Origin: an uncultured Verrucomicrobiae bacterium
GTDB taxonomy: Bacteria; Verrucomicrobiota; Verrucomicrobiia; Chthoniobacterales; JAFAMB01
Length of the DNA stretch: 64,000 nt
Assembly: GCA_963837955.1 (NCBI GenBank)
Contig: CAWIPH010000002.1
Coordinates: 2,944,001 to 3,008,000 of the forward strand
Reading direction: 5' to 3'
The notes beneath the pieces were generated by a model. It did not search any database and was not told where the DNA came from. It saw nothing but the letters and a program-made list of their open reading frames with translations. Position numbers and translations under genes: made by a program. This document shows positions 37,301 through 48,808 of the stretch, piece by piece (the stretch's first letter is position 1; every line of letters starts with the position of its first letter).

Positions 37301-40300
37301 CCAGCGGTTTCCACGGCATTTGCGACGAGGTGCTCGTGCGCGCGAACGTCATCGACGGCGTCCGGCGTTCGGTCCCGATCGCACCGGGCATTCCCGAACA
37401 TGTCGTGCGCGATGTGCTGGTTGTCGATTACGGGACGTCCGAGTCGCTTGAGATCTTGAGGAAGCACGTTCACGAATTGGCGGCGGTGCTCGTTGAGCCT
37501 GTTCAGAGCCGCCGTCCTGATTTGCAACCCCGCGAATTTTTGCATGAGCTCCGCAAGATCACTCAGGACTCCGAAACTGCTTTAATTTTTGACGAAGTGA
37601 TTACGGGCTTCCGCTGCCATCCGGGCGGTGCCCAGGCCTGGTTCGACGTTAGAGCCGATATTGCCACTTACGGCAAGATAATTGGTGGCGGCATGCCCAT
37701 CGGCGCAGTGGCAGGCAGCGCGCAATTCATGGATGCCCTGGATGGCGGGCACTGGAGCTACGGTGACAACTCGTTCCCGGAAGTCGGTGTGACTTTCTTC
37801 GCGGGTACCTACATTCGGCACCCGCTCACGATGGCCTCATCCTGGGCGATGCTGAGTTATCTCAAAAGAGAAGGACCCGGCTTGCAGGAGCGGCTGAACG
37901 AGCGCACGCGCGAGTTTGTGCGGACGCTCAACACTTTCCTGGTCAAACGAGAGGTGCCGCTGCATATCGAAAACTTCGCATCGCTCTTTTACCTGCACTT
38001 CGACGAGTCAGTCCGCTGGGGCGGTCTACTCTACTATCACCTTCGTGAAAAAGGCATCCACATCTGGGAAGGCAGGCCCTGCTTTCTATCGACCACACAC
38101 ACCGATGCCGACCTGCAAACGATTATCGAGGCATTCAAAGAGAGCGTAATCGAGATGCAGGAAGGCGCATTCCTGCCCGGTGGAGAGAAAACGGACACCG
38201 CGGTCCAACCCGCCCGCGCTGCCCTGGTGCTCTCAAATGGCGCCGCGCCGATATCGGTGGCTGCCTCCAGCGTTTCTGCGTCTCAACTCGACGGGGAGAG
38301 AACCAGCAAGAACTCCGCTGTAGCAGACTCCCCGGCTCCCAGGTTACGAAGCCGCACGATGGAGTTCTCTCTGTATTTCTTTGGCAACTACCCTGCCGAG
38401 TATGCAGAGAACAAATACCGGCTCGTGCTCGAAGCCGCGAAGTTCGCGGACAGCCATGGTTTCACCGCGATATGGCTTCCCGAGCGCCATTTCCATTCAG
38501 TCGGCGGTTTTTCACCAAACCCCGCCGTCATCGCTGCTGCCCTGGCGCGCGAAACCAAGAAATTACAACTGCGTGGCGGTAGCGTCGTAGTCCCGTTACA
38601 TCATCCCGTGCGTGTCGCCGAGGAGTGGTCAGTCGTGGACAACCTCTCGGGCGGACGCGTCGGTATTTCCATTGCGTCTGGATGGCATCCGAATGACTTC
38701 ATTTTCGCGCCAGACAATTTCGATCGTCGACGCGAACTAAACCTGGAACATCTGAGCACAATTCAAAAGCTCTGGCGCGGCGAAGAGATCACTATGAGAG
38801 CCGGAGCTGGCAGTGACTTCAGCTTCCGTATCTTTCCGATGCCAAAGCAGCGTGAACTGCCAATCTGGCTGACGTGCATTCACGCAGAGTCCTTCGTGAA
38901 AGCCGGCGAGCTCGGGATCGGCGTGCTCGGTTACTTGATGAACCAAACTATCGAGGAGGTGTCCGAAAAGATTCGTCTTTACCGAGAGGCCCTCGTCCGG
39001 AACGGGCACGATCCCGCGCGTGGCCACGTAACTATTTTGGTGCATACATTCGTCGGTGAAGACTTGGTTCGCACTCGCGAACAGGCGCGTAAACCGTTGC
39101 GCAATTACTTGCGTTCCTTCCTGGATAACAGTCAGAAGCGGCTCGAGAGCGAGCGCGGACCGGTGAACGTGGACGAAGAGGACGTCGAGTATTTGCTCGA
39201 CCGAGCCTACAACGATTACGTCGAAGGCAAAGCTCTCATCGGCACTCCCGATTCGTGCGCAAAGGTAGTCGAGCATCTGCAATCGATCGGGGTTGATGAG
39301 GTCGGCTGTTTCATCGACTTCGGCGTTGACCATGACTCGGCTCTAGCAGCTCTACTTCCGCTGGTTGAGTTAAAGAGCCGCTTTGAGGATCCGGGAGTAA
39401 GTGACGACTTAACGGCGATGCCAACTGCCCTCCCCTCATCCATCTCCGGTAAAGCTGAGAGTAGCGGGAGTGCATCTCCGGTCGAAGCCTCATGTAAATT
39501 CGGTCGGGTCATACCCTTGACCGAATCTCAACGGGGCCTTTGGGCGCTCGGCACGACGGACTCCCAGGGGTGGCGAGCGTATAATGAAGCCGTAACGCTC
39601 ACGCTGAGCGGCTTGTACGATCACGGAAAGATGCGGCAAGCTCTCCAAAGGGTTGTCGATCGTCACGAGGCCTTGCGCACTTATGTCGGGCCAGAGGGCG
39701 AAACCCAAATCATTACGCGGCGCGCAATTATCGAGGTGCCTCTCGTTGACATGAGCCAACTGCCCGCAGAGGAGCGTGAAGCCAAAGCTAGCGGGTTCCT
39801 CGAAGAGGTTGCCGCCAAACTGTTCGACCCGGGTACAGCGCCATACTTCCGGGCTGTGGTAGTTAAGCTGAGCACAGAGCGTCATCTCTTAGGCCTGACG
39901 TTCCATCACCTCCTCGGCAACGGACCGTCGTACTGGACGTTTCTTGAGGAACTCTGCGGCATCTACGCCGGAGGGATGCAACTTCGGGTACCAATGCAAC
40001 TTGGCGAGTTCGTTCGCCAGCAGCCGGCGCTGACCAGTCCGGATGATAAGACTTTCTGGCTCGCCCAATTTTCCGAGTTGCCGCCCACGCTGGAACTGCC
40101 GCTCGACCGTCCTCGTCCACAGATGCGTTCGTTTAAAGGTGGTCGGGCTGTGACCACCCTCAACGCGGAGCTATGCCGCGCCCTGCGGCAGGTAGGGTCC
40201 ACCAGACGCTGCTCGATGTTTATGACACTCTTTACCGCGTTCAATACTCTCTTGCACCGGCTCACTGGGCAAGACGACGTCGTGGTCGGGGTAGCATACG

Positions 40301-43300
40301 CCAGTGGCATCCGTGAACTCGAAGGTGGCGCCGAACTGTTCGCCAACACGACCAATGTGCTTCCGCTCCGCAGCCGAGTCGAAGCAAATCCGCGATTTAT
40401 CGATCATCTCGATGCAACGAAGACACTGGTTATCGATGCCTCGGAGCATCAGGAATATTTCTTTGGACGCATTCTCGATGCACTGAACCTGCCTCGCGAC
40501 CCTGCGCGCTCCCCCCTCTTCTCCGTTTTGTTCAACTATGAGAGCGGCGAGTTCCGCAAGCAGGCCGCAGGCCTCGATATCGCGCTCGTTACGGAAGGGT
40601 TCCCATATCGTGGCCCACTCGGTACGACGATGTGTGAGCTTTATCTTAATGTTGCAGAAAAGGATGGAGGAGAACTCGAAGTGCAGTGCGATTATTGCTC
40701 CGAGCTCTTCGAGCATCAGACGGTGCAACGCTGGCTGGGACATTTTAAAACGCTACTCACGGGTATCACGGTTGACCCGACACAAAAAGTGCACGAACTC
40801 CCGCTGCTCACCCCGGCAGAACGCGAACAACTGATTGTTGAATGGAATAGGACGGCCACGGAGTTCCCGCGCAACTCAAGTATTGATGAACTTTTTGAAA
40901 AGCAGGCAGAACGGACGCCAGACGCCCTGGCAGTTGAGCATGGAACCATCCGCTTTACTTATCGCGAATTGAACGAGCGAGCGAATCGGCTGGCGCGCGC
41001 TTTGCACGAGGCTGGTGCGCGGGCGGATTCGTTGGTCGGCATCTGCATGGAGCGGTCTGCGGAAATGATCGTGGGAATGATCGCGACTCTCAAGACCGGT
41101 TCCGCTTACCTTCCCATCGATCCGGCGTACCCTCTGGAACGACGCCGACTCATGCTTGAAGGCGCGCCCGTATTATTGACGACCAAAGCGTTCGCAAACG
41201 ATTTCGCCAATTCCCCAGCGCGTGTGGTCCGGGTTGAAGACGTGCATTTCGGCGGCGCCGACTTACCAGCTCTTCCCCGCCATTCAAATGGAGAGAGCCT
41301 GGCTTACGTAATGTATACCTCAGGGTCGACCGGACGACCGAAGGGAACTGCGGTTAAACATTGCGGCGTAACCAGGCTGGTATTGAATACGAATTACGTC
41401 GCTTTCGACACATCGGATGTTGTCGCGCAGGTTTCGAACTGTTGCTTTGACGCAGCAACGTTTGAAACTTGGGGCGCGCTCCTGAATGGTTCTCGGCTAG
41501 TTGTTATCAATCGGGACATTACGCTGTCCCCATCTGATTTTGCTCACGAGATCGAGCAACGAGGAATCACAACGATGTTCCTGACAACCTCATTGTTCAA
41601 TCTGATGGCACAAGAAGCGCCAACGGCTTTCGCGAGAATGCGCAACGTCGTATTCGGTGGCGAAGCGGCCGACCCACGCAGCGTTGCAACCGTGCTGCAA
41701 CGTGGCGCGCCGCAACATCTCGTGAATGGTTATGGCCCGACCGAGACAACAACTTTTGCGGTATGTAATGAAGTGCGGTCCGTCCCAGAGGGAGCAATAT
41801 CAATTCCCATCGGTCGACCAATTTCGAACACGACAATTTATTTGCTCGATCGTCACCTGAATCCCGTCCCAATCGGTGTGGTAGGTGAGCTCTACATTGG
41901 CGGACCCGGAGTTGCTCGCGGTTACCATCGCGCTCCAGAACTTACGGCGGAACGGTTTGTACCTGACCCATTCTCTGCCGAATCGAGTGCGCGCTTCTAC
42001 CTGACTGGAGATCTCGCCAAATGGCTTCCGGATGGCATCATCGATTATGTTGGACGGGTCGACACCCAGGTCAAAATTCGCGGATTTCGTATCGAACCAA
42101 GCGAAATAGAAGCGGTATTAAAACAGTACCCAGCGGTGCGCGACGCCGCTGTAGTCTTGCAAGCAGACACAGTTGGCAACAAGCGGCTGGTCGCTTATGT
42201 CGCCAGCGGACAGTCGCGAGCGAGGGATTCCGAGGTGCGTGATTTTCTTAAAACGAGATTGCCCGATTACATGGTGCCAGCGTTGATCGTTGTTCTGGAA
42301 ACATTGCCGCTCAACTCGAACGGAAAGGTCGATCGAAGCGCACTGCCCGAACCGACGCAACAGAGCGATGGATTCGTCCAACCCAATACACCGCTCCAGC
42401 GAAGACTGGCGGAGATTTGGAAGAGTGTGCTTGGAGTCGAACGCGTCGGTGCAGAGGATAATTTCTTCGAACTCGGAGGTGACTCGCTAACCAGCGTGCG
42501 CGTGGTAAATCAACTACGTGAGCTGACCGGAGAGCGCGTCTCGCCCGTAGTGATTTTACAAGCTCCCACCGTGGCGCTGCTGGCGGAGCTATTAGAGAAA
42601 AATTTTGACCTCGGCGGCGGGTCACAGCGGGAAGACGCGGGTGTAGGCATTGACGACCCCAAAATCGAACAGATGCGCGCACTGATCGAGCCAGCCAAGC
42701 CCTTGGCAATCCTTAACCGAAAGAAGAATCCGCGTGCGATATTCATCCTTAGCCCCATGCGGTCCGGCTCCACACTTACCCGCATAATGCTCTCTGGCCA
42801 CCGGGGTTTGTTCGCACCGCCAGAGCTGCACCTCCTACAGTTTGCAACGTTGTCGGAGCGAGAGACTGGGTTCGCCGGCTATGATCGGTACATGCTGGAG
42901 GGAACCATTCGGGCAATCATGGAGATCGAGCACTGCGATATGGAGCAGGCGAAGGCGCGCATAGCCGACCTGGCAAGCGGCGGTTGCACTGTACCCGACT
43001 TTTATGCACAATTGCAGGAGTGGGTTGCTCCACGAATTCTCGTCGATAAGACTCCCGACTACGCAATGGACATCGAGGTGTTGCGTCGCGCAGAGCAATG
43101 CTTCGAGAACCCGTTTTACGTACATCTCGCGCGGCATCCGCTCGGCATGATTCGCAGTTACGAGAAGGGCCGCCTGATTCTCGAGTCACCCTACCGCGGA
43201 CGTCACAACTTCTCCGGACGCGAAATGGCGGAATTAACTTGGCTGGTTTCGCATGAGAATATTCTGACCTTTCTTAAGGAGATCCCGGACGAGCGGCAGC

Positions 43301-44496
43301 ACCGGATGCAGTTCGAGCAGCTGGTTCGAGAACCCCAAAAGACTTTGGAAGCGTTCTGCACTGCGGCGCAAATCGATTTTGCTCCCGCTATGCTCAGACC
43401 ATACGAGGAAGGGCGCATGACTGATGGTGTGCATCCCGATTCACAGCAGGTCGGCGATCACAAGTTCGCAGAACATAAAGCGGTTCGGGCGGAGGTGGCC
43501 GAGAGCTGGCGCCGCGACTATCGGGAAGATTCGCTCGGTGAGCGAACACTAGCAATCGCCGAAGAGCTTGGTTACTCAACCTACCGCACGGCCACTGTCC
43601 AAAAACCCCCGAGGAGTTTTGCACCACAAGATTGGAAACCGTCGTTGGTACTTATACCGATCCAATCGGGGGGCTCCCGCCCTCCTTTCTTTGGCGTGCA
43701 CGGCGGGTTTGGGTTTGTAATGTTCTACGCGAAGCTGGCGCAATACCTCGGTGCAGACCAACCATTTTACGGTATTCAATCGGAGGGTCTCGACGGTCGC
43801 CCCATCAAAAACACATCGATAGAAGCGATCGCAAGTTATTACCTCGACGAGATCCATAAGGTGCGTCCGGCCGGCCCATATTTCTTAGGTGGCTATTGCC
43901 TTGGCGGCGTGATCGCTTTCGAGATAGCGCAACAACTCCGCGCCGCCGGTGAAGAAGTGGCGCTCCTGGCCCTGTTCGACTCGAACAATCCAGCGCTGCC
44001 GCCGCGCCGTTACACGGTCGCAGAGCGACTGAATCGCGAACTACAAACGGCGTCGGTTCTTTCTCCCGGGAAAAGGCTGCAATATTTCGCCCAGCGCGCT
44101 GCCTTCAAGGTAAACGCTAACTTCAAGAAGTGGGGCGACGATGTGCAGAGCATCTTTTACCGACCTAAACAGACCGAGGTTAGCGAACCTGACCGCGGTT
44201 TGCTGTCGCCGGAGGAACTCTCATCGCAAATCATGCCGGTGCTGGATCAGGCCCGCGCTGTCTATAAGCCGCGCATCTATCTTGGCCGGATGGCGCTCTT
44301 TCGCGCAACGAGAGCTTATGATGGCTATGAATACGCCGACGACCGCGGATGGACCGAGCTTGCAGCAAACGGTCTCGAAATTCATGACATTCCCGGCGAG
44401 CACTCGACGATGTTTCAGCCGCCCAATGTAATTACGACAGCGCAAAAATTAGATGCGTGCATTCGCGCGACCTTCAGCGAACACGTGAGCGTCTGA
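34372..44496 (+). CDS. Hybrid PKS/NRPS: KS-(no AT)-ACP-class III aminotransferase-LLM monooxygenase-C-A-T-sulfotransferase-TE
   Basis: [120 protein letters not shown]. Confidence 0.93.
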   Translation: MSNEGIAIIGIAGRFPGAPNIDEFWRNICGGVESIARFDDHELVASGVDPAALSNPSYVKARGLLAGVDLFDAQFFGFTPREAELMDPQHRVFLETAWHALEDAGYNSEKFKGAIGVYAGLSLNTYLLANLCREPKVAAELTANYQTGEYQTLLGNDKDYLTTRVSYKLDLRGPSMTIQTACSTSLVAVAQACQSLLNYQCDIAMAGAVSISFPQKRGHLHEQGGLASDDGHCRAFDAKAQGTVFGDGVGIVVLKRLDEAVADRDHIYAVITGYALNNDGASKVGYTAPSVSGQAEVIAMAHAMAGIDPQTISYVEAHGTATPMGDPIEIAGLTQAFRASTDAKNFCAIGSVKTNIGHLEVAAGVAGLIKTALALKHNKIPPSLHFERPNSQINFAATPFFVASKLLGWSRNGTPRRAGVSSFGVGGTNAHVVLEEAPESAALLAPDRALHLLLLSAKTRQSLEAATSALVQHLQYHPELEIPDTAYTLQVGRRPFEHRRMVFVRDVADAIEVLHKRDVARVFTRQTSPRPTEPVTASDSLSTLANRWLNGEDIDWAAFYTQSNELRRRVPLPGYVFERKKHWVEPVKLGNNAAPAVALQPTAGPATGSPPTLSSSPSTQPALVSDQAVSNESRRDRILAKLKSILKNLSGQELSDADPSATFFELGFDSLFLTQAGQTFRKEFGVKVTFRQLLEELATLDALATHLDEKLPPDQQAQPNPVLATSLAVEKPAPLDAGTVTPQPAVQSSLLDQMSQQLAAIAKQLDALRGGQVNAGASTGSATPSRIEPVTVSSSTKGSSNGEPKRFGPFKPIDKVSSSGLTERQQKHLDTLTARYNARTPKSKTQTQKHRQQFADPRAVSSFNRAWKEMVYPIFVERSEGARMWDVDGNEYIDLTMGFGTNLLGHAPQFIKDAIAAQLTRGMEVGPSTPLASDVAALMCELTGMDRVAFCNTGSEAVLAAIRVARTVTGRSRIATTSGFHGICDEVLVRANVIDGVRRSVPIAPGIPEHVVRDVLVVDYGTSESLEILRKHVHELAAVLVEPVQSRRPDLQPREFLHELRKITQDSETALIFDEVITGFRCHPGGAQAWFDVRADIATYGKIIGGGMPIGAVAGSAQFMDALDGGHWSYGDNSFPEVGVTFFAGTYIRHPLTMASSWAMLSYLKREGPGLQERLNERTREFVRTLNTFLVKREVPLHIENFASLFYLHFDESVRWGGLLYYHLREKGIHIWEGRPCFLSTTHTDADLQTIIEAFKESVIEMQEGAFLPGGEKTDTAVQPARAALVLSNGAAPISVAASSVSASQLDGERTSKNSAVADSPAPRLRSRTMEFSLYFFGNYPAEYAENKYRLVLEAAKFADSHGFTAIWLPERHFHSVGGFSPNPAVIAAALARETKKLQLRGGSVVVPLHHPVRVAEEWSVVDNLSGGRVGISIASGWHPNDFIFAPDNFDRRRELNLEHLSTIQKLWRGEEITMRAGAGSDFSFRIFPMPKQRELPIWLTCIHAESFVKAGELGIGVLGYLMNQTIEEVSEKIRLYREALVRNGHDPARGHVTILVHTFVGEDLVRTREQARKPLRNYLRSFLDNSQKRLESERGPVNVDEEDVEYLLDRAYNDYVEGKALIGTPDSCAKVVEHLQSIGVDEVGCFIDFGVDHDSALAALLPLVELKSRFEDPGVSDDLTAMPTALPSSISGKAESSGSASPVEASCKFGRVIPLTESQRGLWALGTTDSQGWRAYNEAVTLTLSGLYDHGKMRQALQRVVDRHEALRTYVGPEGETQIITRRAIIEVPLVDMSQLPAEEREAKASGFLEEVAAKLFDPGTAPYFRAVVVKLSTERHLLGLTFHHLLGNGPSYWTFLEELCGIYAGGMQLRVPMQLGEFVRQQPALTSPDDKTFWLAQFSELPPTLELPLDRPRPQMRSFKGGRAVTTLNAELCRALRQVGSTRRCSMFMTLFTAFNTLLHRLTGQDDVVVGVAYASGIRELEGGAELFANTTNVLPLRSRVEANPRFIDHLDATKTLVIDASEHQEYFFGRILDALNLPRDPARSPLFSVLFNYESGEFRKQAAGLDIALVTEGFPYRGPLGTTMCELYLNVAEKDGGELEVQCDYCSELFEHQTVQRWLGHFKTLLTGITVDPTQKVHELPLLTPAEREQLIVEWNRTATEFPRNSSIDELFEKQAERTPDALAVEHGTIRFTYRELNERANRLARALHEAGARADSLVGICMERSAEMIVGMIATLKTGSAYLPIDPAYPLERRRLMLEGAPVLLTTKAFANDFANSPARVVRVEDVHFGGADLPALPRHSNGESLAYVMYTSGSTGRPKGTAVKHCGVTRLVLNTNYVAFDTSDVVAQVSNCCFDAATFETWGALLNGSRLVVINRDITLSPSDFAHEIEQRGITTMFLTTSLFNLMAQEAPTAFARMRNVVFGGEAADPRSVATVLQRGAPQHLVNGYGPTETTTFAVCNEVRSVPEGAISIPIGRPISNTTIYLLDRHLNPVPIGVVGELYIGGPGVARGYHRAPELTAERFVPDPFSAESSARFYLTGDLAKWLPDGIIDYVGRVDTQVKIRGFRIEPSEIEAVLKQYPAVRDAAVVLQADTVGNKRLVAYVASGQSRARDSEVRDFLKTRLPDYMVPALIVVLETLPLNSNGKVDRSALPEPTQQSDGFVQPNTPLQRRLAEIWKSVLGVERVGAEDNFFELGGDSLTSVRVVNQLRELTGERVSPVVILQAPTVALLAELLEKNFDLGGGSQREDAGVGIDDPKIEQMRALIEPAKPLAILNRKKNPRAIFILSPMRSGSTLTRIMLSGHRGLFAPPELHLLQFATLSERETGFAGYDRYMLEGTIRAIMEIEHCDMEQAKARIADLASGGCTVPDFYAQLQEWVAPRILVDKTPDYAMDIEVLRRAEQCFENPFYVHLARHPLGMIRSYEKGRLILESPYRGRHNFSGREMAELTWLVSHENILTFLKEIPDERQHRMQFEQLVREPQKTLEAFCTAAQIDFAPAMLRPYEEGRMTDGVHPDSQQVGDHKFAEHKAVRAEVAESWRRDYREDSLGERTLAIAEELGYSTYRTATVQKPPRSFAPQDWKPSLVLIPIQSGGSRPPFFGVHGGFGFVMFYAKLAQYLGADQPFYGIQSEGLDGRPIKNTSIEAIASYYLDEIHKVRPAGPYFLGGYCLGGVIAFEIAQQLRAAGEEVALLALFDSNNPALPPRRYTVAERLNRELQTASVLSPGKRLQYFAQRAAFKVNANFKKWGDDVQSIFYRPKQTEVSEPDRGLLSPEELSSQIMPVLDQARAVYKPRIYLGRMALFRATRAYDGYEYADDRGWTELAANGLEIHDIPGEHSTMFQPPNVITTAQKLDACIRATFSEHVSV

Positions 44497-44533
44497 TCGA
44501 CCTAACAGCCGACACTCTCGTCCTCTAAATACG

Positions 44534-45580
44534 TTACTTGGCCCGCGTTGCAGCTTGGTAGACCGCCATGGTGCGCGCGGCCACCACGTCCCAAGCTGTA
44601 GCCCTTCTCCATTCGTCGGCCGCTCCATAATCAGGCTTCTGCTGAAGGGTTTGTCGCAGTTTTTCGGCAAAGTCAGTTCTGAGGTCATCGAATCGGTAAA
44701 CCAAATGATGCGGCTCCTGGAGGTCGATTGTGGTCAATCGTGCTGGAAGCAAGATGGGAAGCCCGAAAGAACGGGCCAGGCAGGCCACCCCTGAAGTGAA
44801 TATCTTACGATAATTGATAACAGCGCAATCCGCAGCGCAAAACCAAAGCTTGACTTGCTCGTCAGATTGAAAATTGGATTTCAGCACAATGTTAGAAGAT
44901 CTAGCGGCGAGCGTACTGAGCTTACGTGTATATTCTGGGTCGATCGACCGTCCCACAATCGCGAGCTTCAGTTCCGATCGGTTCGCGATCCAAAATTCTA
45001 TAATTTCTTCAGTCCCTTTGTTTGGAGCTATCGTCCCGAACGCGAGGCAGATCTTTTCAGGACCGAGACCAAGTCGAGAGCGTGCCTCTTCCCGAGACGT
45101 CGGTAGACCATAGGAACCAGACATGTCCCCGTGGGGGATAATAGCGCATTTTTCCGGTGAAACCCGAAAATCCTTTATCACTTGCTCTCTCGCCGCCGCG
45201 GCATGGATGATCACTCCCGAGCAGTGCCGGAGAAGGCACGCCGTTGCAGCTCTGGTAAGCAGATCATCTCGATAGTTGAGTGGATAAAGGTCGTGCACCG
45301 TGTAAACCACCGGCAATTTCATCGTACTAAAGTAAAGCTCCGGACAAAATCTCAGTTTTCGCCAAAAATCTAGTTTGTCGCCCTTGATCAGGTAGTACTG
45401 CGGAAAATGCAGATGCAGAATATCGACTGACATGCCGCGTAGACCGCGATACAGAGGGAGGACGCGGCGATATCCTTGCAGGAAATCGACCTTTGTCGCG
45501 CACTTCGATAGGGCATCTGCCAAAAGCTGCTGATAGGGCACCACTTCCCGATAATCCGGAGCAAAGGCTACGCGCATCAT
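44534..45580 (-). CDS. Glycosyltransferase family 4
   Basis: VYTVHDLYP, IIPHG, FGTIAPNKG, TSGVACLARSFGLP. Confidence 0.85.
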   Translation of the reverse strand: MMRVAFAPDYREVVPYQQLLADALSKCATKVDFLQGYRRVLPLYRGLRGMSVDILHLHFPQYYLIKGDKLDFWRKLRFCPELYFSTMKLPVVYTVHDLYPLNYRDDLLTRAATACLLRHCSGVIIHAAAAREQVIKDFRVSPEKCAIIPHGDMSGSYGLPTSREEARSRLGLGPEKICLAFGTIAPNKGTEEIIEFWIANRSELKLAIVGRSIDPEYTRKLSTLAARSSNIVLKSNFQSDEQVKLWFCAADCAVINYRKIFTSGVACLARSFGLPILLPARLTTIDLQEPHHLVYRFDDLRTDFAEKLRQTLQQKPDYGAADEWRRATAWDVVAARTMAVYQAATRAK

Positions 45581-45857
45581 TGCACTATAACGACGAATTA
45601 AGCAGCGGCTTGAGTAGGGCGGAGTTGAGGAAGCAGTTAGCCGTTACCGTTTGTCCCGATCGAGATTATCTTCGATGATGATAACTTCCTGCCGCTTTCC
45701 TCCTTGTTAGGCTGGAAGGTAAGATTATGATAAATCCCGAGTTCAATTCGGAACTGCCCTCTTAACTGATCCAAATGGTCAAAAGATTTCCTATTCCGGC
45801 TTTGTGGCGACACGGACTGCGAGCTCCGCTTGGCCCTTTGACGGCGTCCTGACGATA

Positions 45858-47237
45858 ATGAATCGCATTGATCGCCGGCGCTTCCTGCTGAGTACCGCAG
45901 GGCTATTTGGCATGGGGCTTTCCGTTCCCATGTTGCGTGCGGCCGGCGAGGAGAACGAGCTTTCGGTTGACTTCCACGCGTCGGGAAAACCTATTCCATC
46001 AGACTTTCTGGGCTTTAGCTATGACACTGACGTGCTGACGATGGACCAGCTACTCTTACCTCAGAATAGCTCCCTCATTTCACTTGTTCGGCGTCTTGGG
46101 TCAACGGGAGTGATCCGCATTGGCGGCAATTCGAGTGACCGCGCTTCTCTGCGCGATGGAGTAAACGTCAGCCCCGTCCACATCGAGCATCTCGCGGCCT
46201 TCCTGTCTAAAACTGGTTGGCGACTCATCTACGGACTCAATCTCGGTACCGGGAAGCCGGAGCAAGCAGCTGCTGAGGCAGAGCTGGTCGCAAAAGCAGT
46301 GGGCTCGAAACTGATGGCGTTTCAGATCGGCAATGAGCCCGACGGCTTCCGAAACGAGCTCCGCTCGCAAAACTATAATCATCCGGATTACATCGCTGAA
46401 TGGCGCGTCTTCGCGAAGGCAATCAGGGCGCGGGTCCCGGGTGCGCGGCTGGCAGGACCAGACGTCGGGTTCGATGCTAGTTGGCTCGCACCATTTGCGG
46501 CCGCTGTCGGACAAGAGCTGATCTTCTTAACCTGTCATTATTACAGCGAGGGTCAGATGAGCGGTCCAGAGGTGGGAATCGAAAACATGTTGGGATCGGC
46601 TCAAAAACTTGCCGGAGTCCTCGAATATGCGAAAAAGGTGACGGCGGAGACGGGCTTACGGGTAAGGATGGCGGAGATAAATTCGGTTACGGGAGGCGGC
46701 CAATCTGGTGTCAGCGACACCTTAGCAGCGGCGCTTTGGGGTGTTGATGTGATGTTTACTCTGGCTGCTGCAGGATGGCTCGGTGTGACGTTTCATGGCG
46801 GCGGAGGTATTTACAATCCCATTGTGCAAACTGCGAAAGGTTCATTCGTGCCGAAGCCGATTTACTACGCGATGCTCTTTTTTGCTGAGGCTGGCCGCGG
46901 ATCAATTGTACCGACCCAGCTGCAGGCCTCTCGACCTACCCTAAGGGTCTTCGCAGTACGCGGCACAGGTGGCGAACGTCGAATCATTTTTGTGAACATC
47001 AATCTCTCCCAAGCCGAGCGGGTACGCATCGACGTCGAAGGGCGCAAAGCCACCCTACTACGCCTGACTGCGCCTTCGGCGCGCAGTCAATCAGGGCTCA
47101 CCTTCGGCGGAAGCTCAATCGGCCCAGCCGGCGAGTGGGTGCCGCGCGCTCTACCCCAGGTGGCGCGCCAGGACGACCGCTTTATCGTCGACCTGCCCGC
47201 GGCGAGTGCGACAATAGTCCAAATTCTCCCAAACTAG
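45858..47237 (+). CDS. Tat-exported GH79-like glycoside hydrolase (beta-glucuronidase/heparanase-like)
   Basis: Twin-arginine signal DRRRFL; IRIGGNSSD, IGNEPD (acid/base), RMAEINS (nucleophile), GVSDTLAAALW. Confidence 0.82.
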   Translation: MNRIDRRRFLLSTAGLFGMGLSVPMLRAAGEENELSVDFHASGKPIPSDFLGFSYDTDVLTMDQLLLPQNSSLISLVRRLGSTGVIRIGGNSSDRASLRDGVNVSPVHIEHLAAFLSKTGWRLIYGLNLGTGKPEQAAAEAELVAKAVGSKLMAFQIGNEPDGFRNELRSQNYNHPDYIAEWRVFAKAIRARVPGARLAGPDVGFDASWLAPFAAAVGQELIFLTCHYYSEGQMSGPEVGIENMLGSAQKLAGVLEYAKKVTAETGLRVRMAEINSVTGGGQSGVSDTLAAALWGVDVMFTLAAAGWLGVTFHGGGGIYNPIVQTAKGSFVPKPIYYAMLFFAEAGRGSIVPTQLQASRPTLRVFAVRGTGGERRIIFVNINLSQAERVRIDVEGRKATLLRLTAPSARSQSGLTFGGSSIGPAGEWVPRALPQVARQDDRFIVDLPAASATIVQILPN

Positions 47238-47257
47238 ACTCGCGCCAGGGTTCGTTA

Positions 47258-48346
47258 TCAAGTTTGTAGCGGCACTGACTCCAAACCGGAGACTTCCGGA
47301 AGTTTCCGCCGCCAGGGCAGAATGCTTTTCGAAGCATTGATGGAGGGCCGCTCGAAAATAAGATAAAAAATCCAGGCAAACAGAATGGTAAGTCCGCATA
47401 TCAAGATAAGGATGATCCAGGAAAATGATTTCCACGCTGGCAAGTGGGCAGCCAAGCTGACGAGCCGAACGCCGAACGGTATGTGAACGAGATAGAGGGA
47501 GTAGGAAATCAGGCCAAAGAAAATCAGTAACCTGCTCCGGGGCTTCCAGAAAATGATAGCGAGAGAAGTGCCGCCAACAATGGTAGCCGCTATTAAACCC
47601 TGACTCTTCCAGACAATCGGAAGCATAATCAGCAGGTATCCCAGATATTCAAATACAGGGCGGTTCAGAACCCGATAACGAAAGGTAGCAATTCCTACGG
47701 CGAACATTGCCGCGTAATCGAAGACCCAACTCGACTGGGTGATAAACAGGTTCGTTAAAGCAAAAAGGAGGATGACACCATTGGCGATAACCGCTGAGCG
47801 CGAGTCGATCAGAGGAAAGAGAACCGCGACGGTCAAATAATATTGAAATTCTATCGCTAGCGTCCAGTAGATCACCTGCAGCCAATCCATTCCCAGGAAC
47901 GCATTCAAATAACCGACGTGCGCGAGGACCTGCGGAATATTGAATTGAAACGGCGGATCGTGCAAAGCCGGAACCAACGAGCTGAGGTAGTTAAGCCCGA
48001 GCACCAAGGCAACGGAGATGAGGTACGGCGGGTCAATCCGTACGACGCGTTTCAAAAGAAATCGCGGCGCGTCCTGCCAATGGTAATTAGAGCAAAACAT
48101 CGAATAGGGGATCACGAATCCGGAGATCACAAAAAAGGCAAAAACTCCGTCGTGGGCCCACTTGCTCAAAAAGAGCAGCACTGGGTTATTGTCGATAAAG
48201 TGACCGTTAACCCAAACCAAGTGAAAAAGGCACACCGACAGGGAAGCTAATCCTCGCAAAGCATCGACTGCCAGAATTCGCTTTTTCGAGTTTTGTACTT
48301 CTCCTGTTGATTCGGTGGCTTGGGACGGGCGTTCGATTCTGTTCAT
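47258..48346 (-). CDS. Acyltransferase family 3 (OafA-like) membrane protein
   Basis: VDALRGLASLSVCLFH, FFVISGFVI, KRVVRIDPPY, YWTLAIEFQYY, GLISYSLYLVH. Confidence 0.9.
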   Translation of the reverse strand: MNRIERPSQATESTGEVQNSKKRILAVDALRGLASLSVCLFHLVWVNGHFIDNNPVLLFLSKWAHDGVFAFFVISGFVIPYSMFCSNYHWQDAPRFLLKRVVRIDPPYLISVALVLGLNYLSSLVPALHDPPFQFNIPQVLAHVGYLNAFLGMDWLQVIYWTLAIEFQYYLTVAVLFPLIDSRSAVIANGVILLFALTNLFITQSSWVFDYAAMFAVGIATFRYRVLNRPVFEYLGYLLIMLPIVWKSQGLIAATIVGGTSLAIIFWKPRSRLLIFFGLISYSLYLVHIPFGVRLVSLAAHLPAWKSFSWIILILICGLTILFAWIFYLIFERPSINASKSILPWRRKLPEVSGLESVPLQT

Positions 48347-48808
48347 TTCTGAGATTGCGGTTATCACCCGTCGGATATTTGCAAAAACCTCCACCATCAA
48401 ACGGCGCAGCCGCCGGGCGGCAGTTAGATTCTACATAGATATCGTCCGCGTCAGTACAAAGGTTAGGAATTTCGAGAGGTCAATCTCCCATCGCTTGGCG
48501 CGAACCAGCGGGCTAGCGCCAAGTCACTAAAACTCGGGCATGGCGGCCGCCGAAACACTCTGAAGGATTGAACCGATCGGCACGATTGGACGCCGGTGCA
48601 ATCGGGAAATTGCGGCGATCTGTATATCCACTGTATTTTCCATATTGACTACCGCCTCACCGAATTCGGTGGCGCTCTTGTCTTGCACAATATTCCGAGA
48701 ACTTACTAATCTCCCGCCCCAATAGTCCGATCCATAGTCTCTATACTCATGATACTTCATCACCAGGCAGGAAACGGTTCCGTATCTGCGTGCGATGGCC
48801 GAGATTCA

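Noticed and set aside
42730..44496. Firm call as an olefin synthase or monobactam pathway
   Set aside because: No FAAL or KR for olefin synthesis and no diaminopropionate supply genes are visible; kept only as analogies.
48527..48763. 78-aa minus-strand ORF between the acyltransferase and the NRPS
   Set aside because: No motif, not MbtH-like, and it lies in a probable divergent promoter region.
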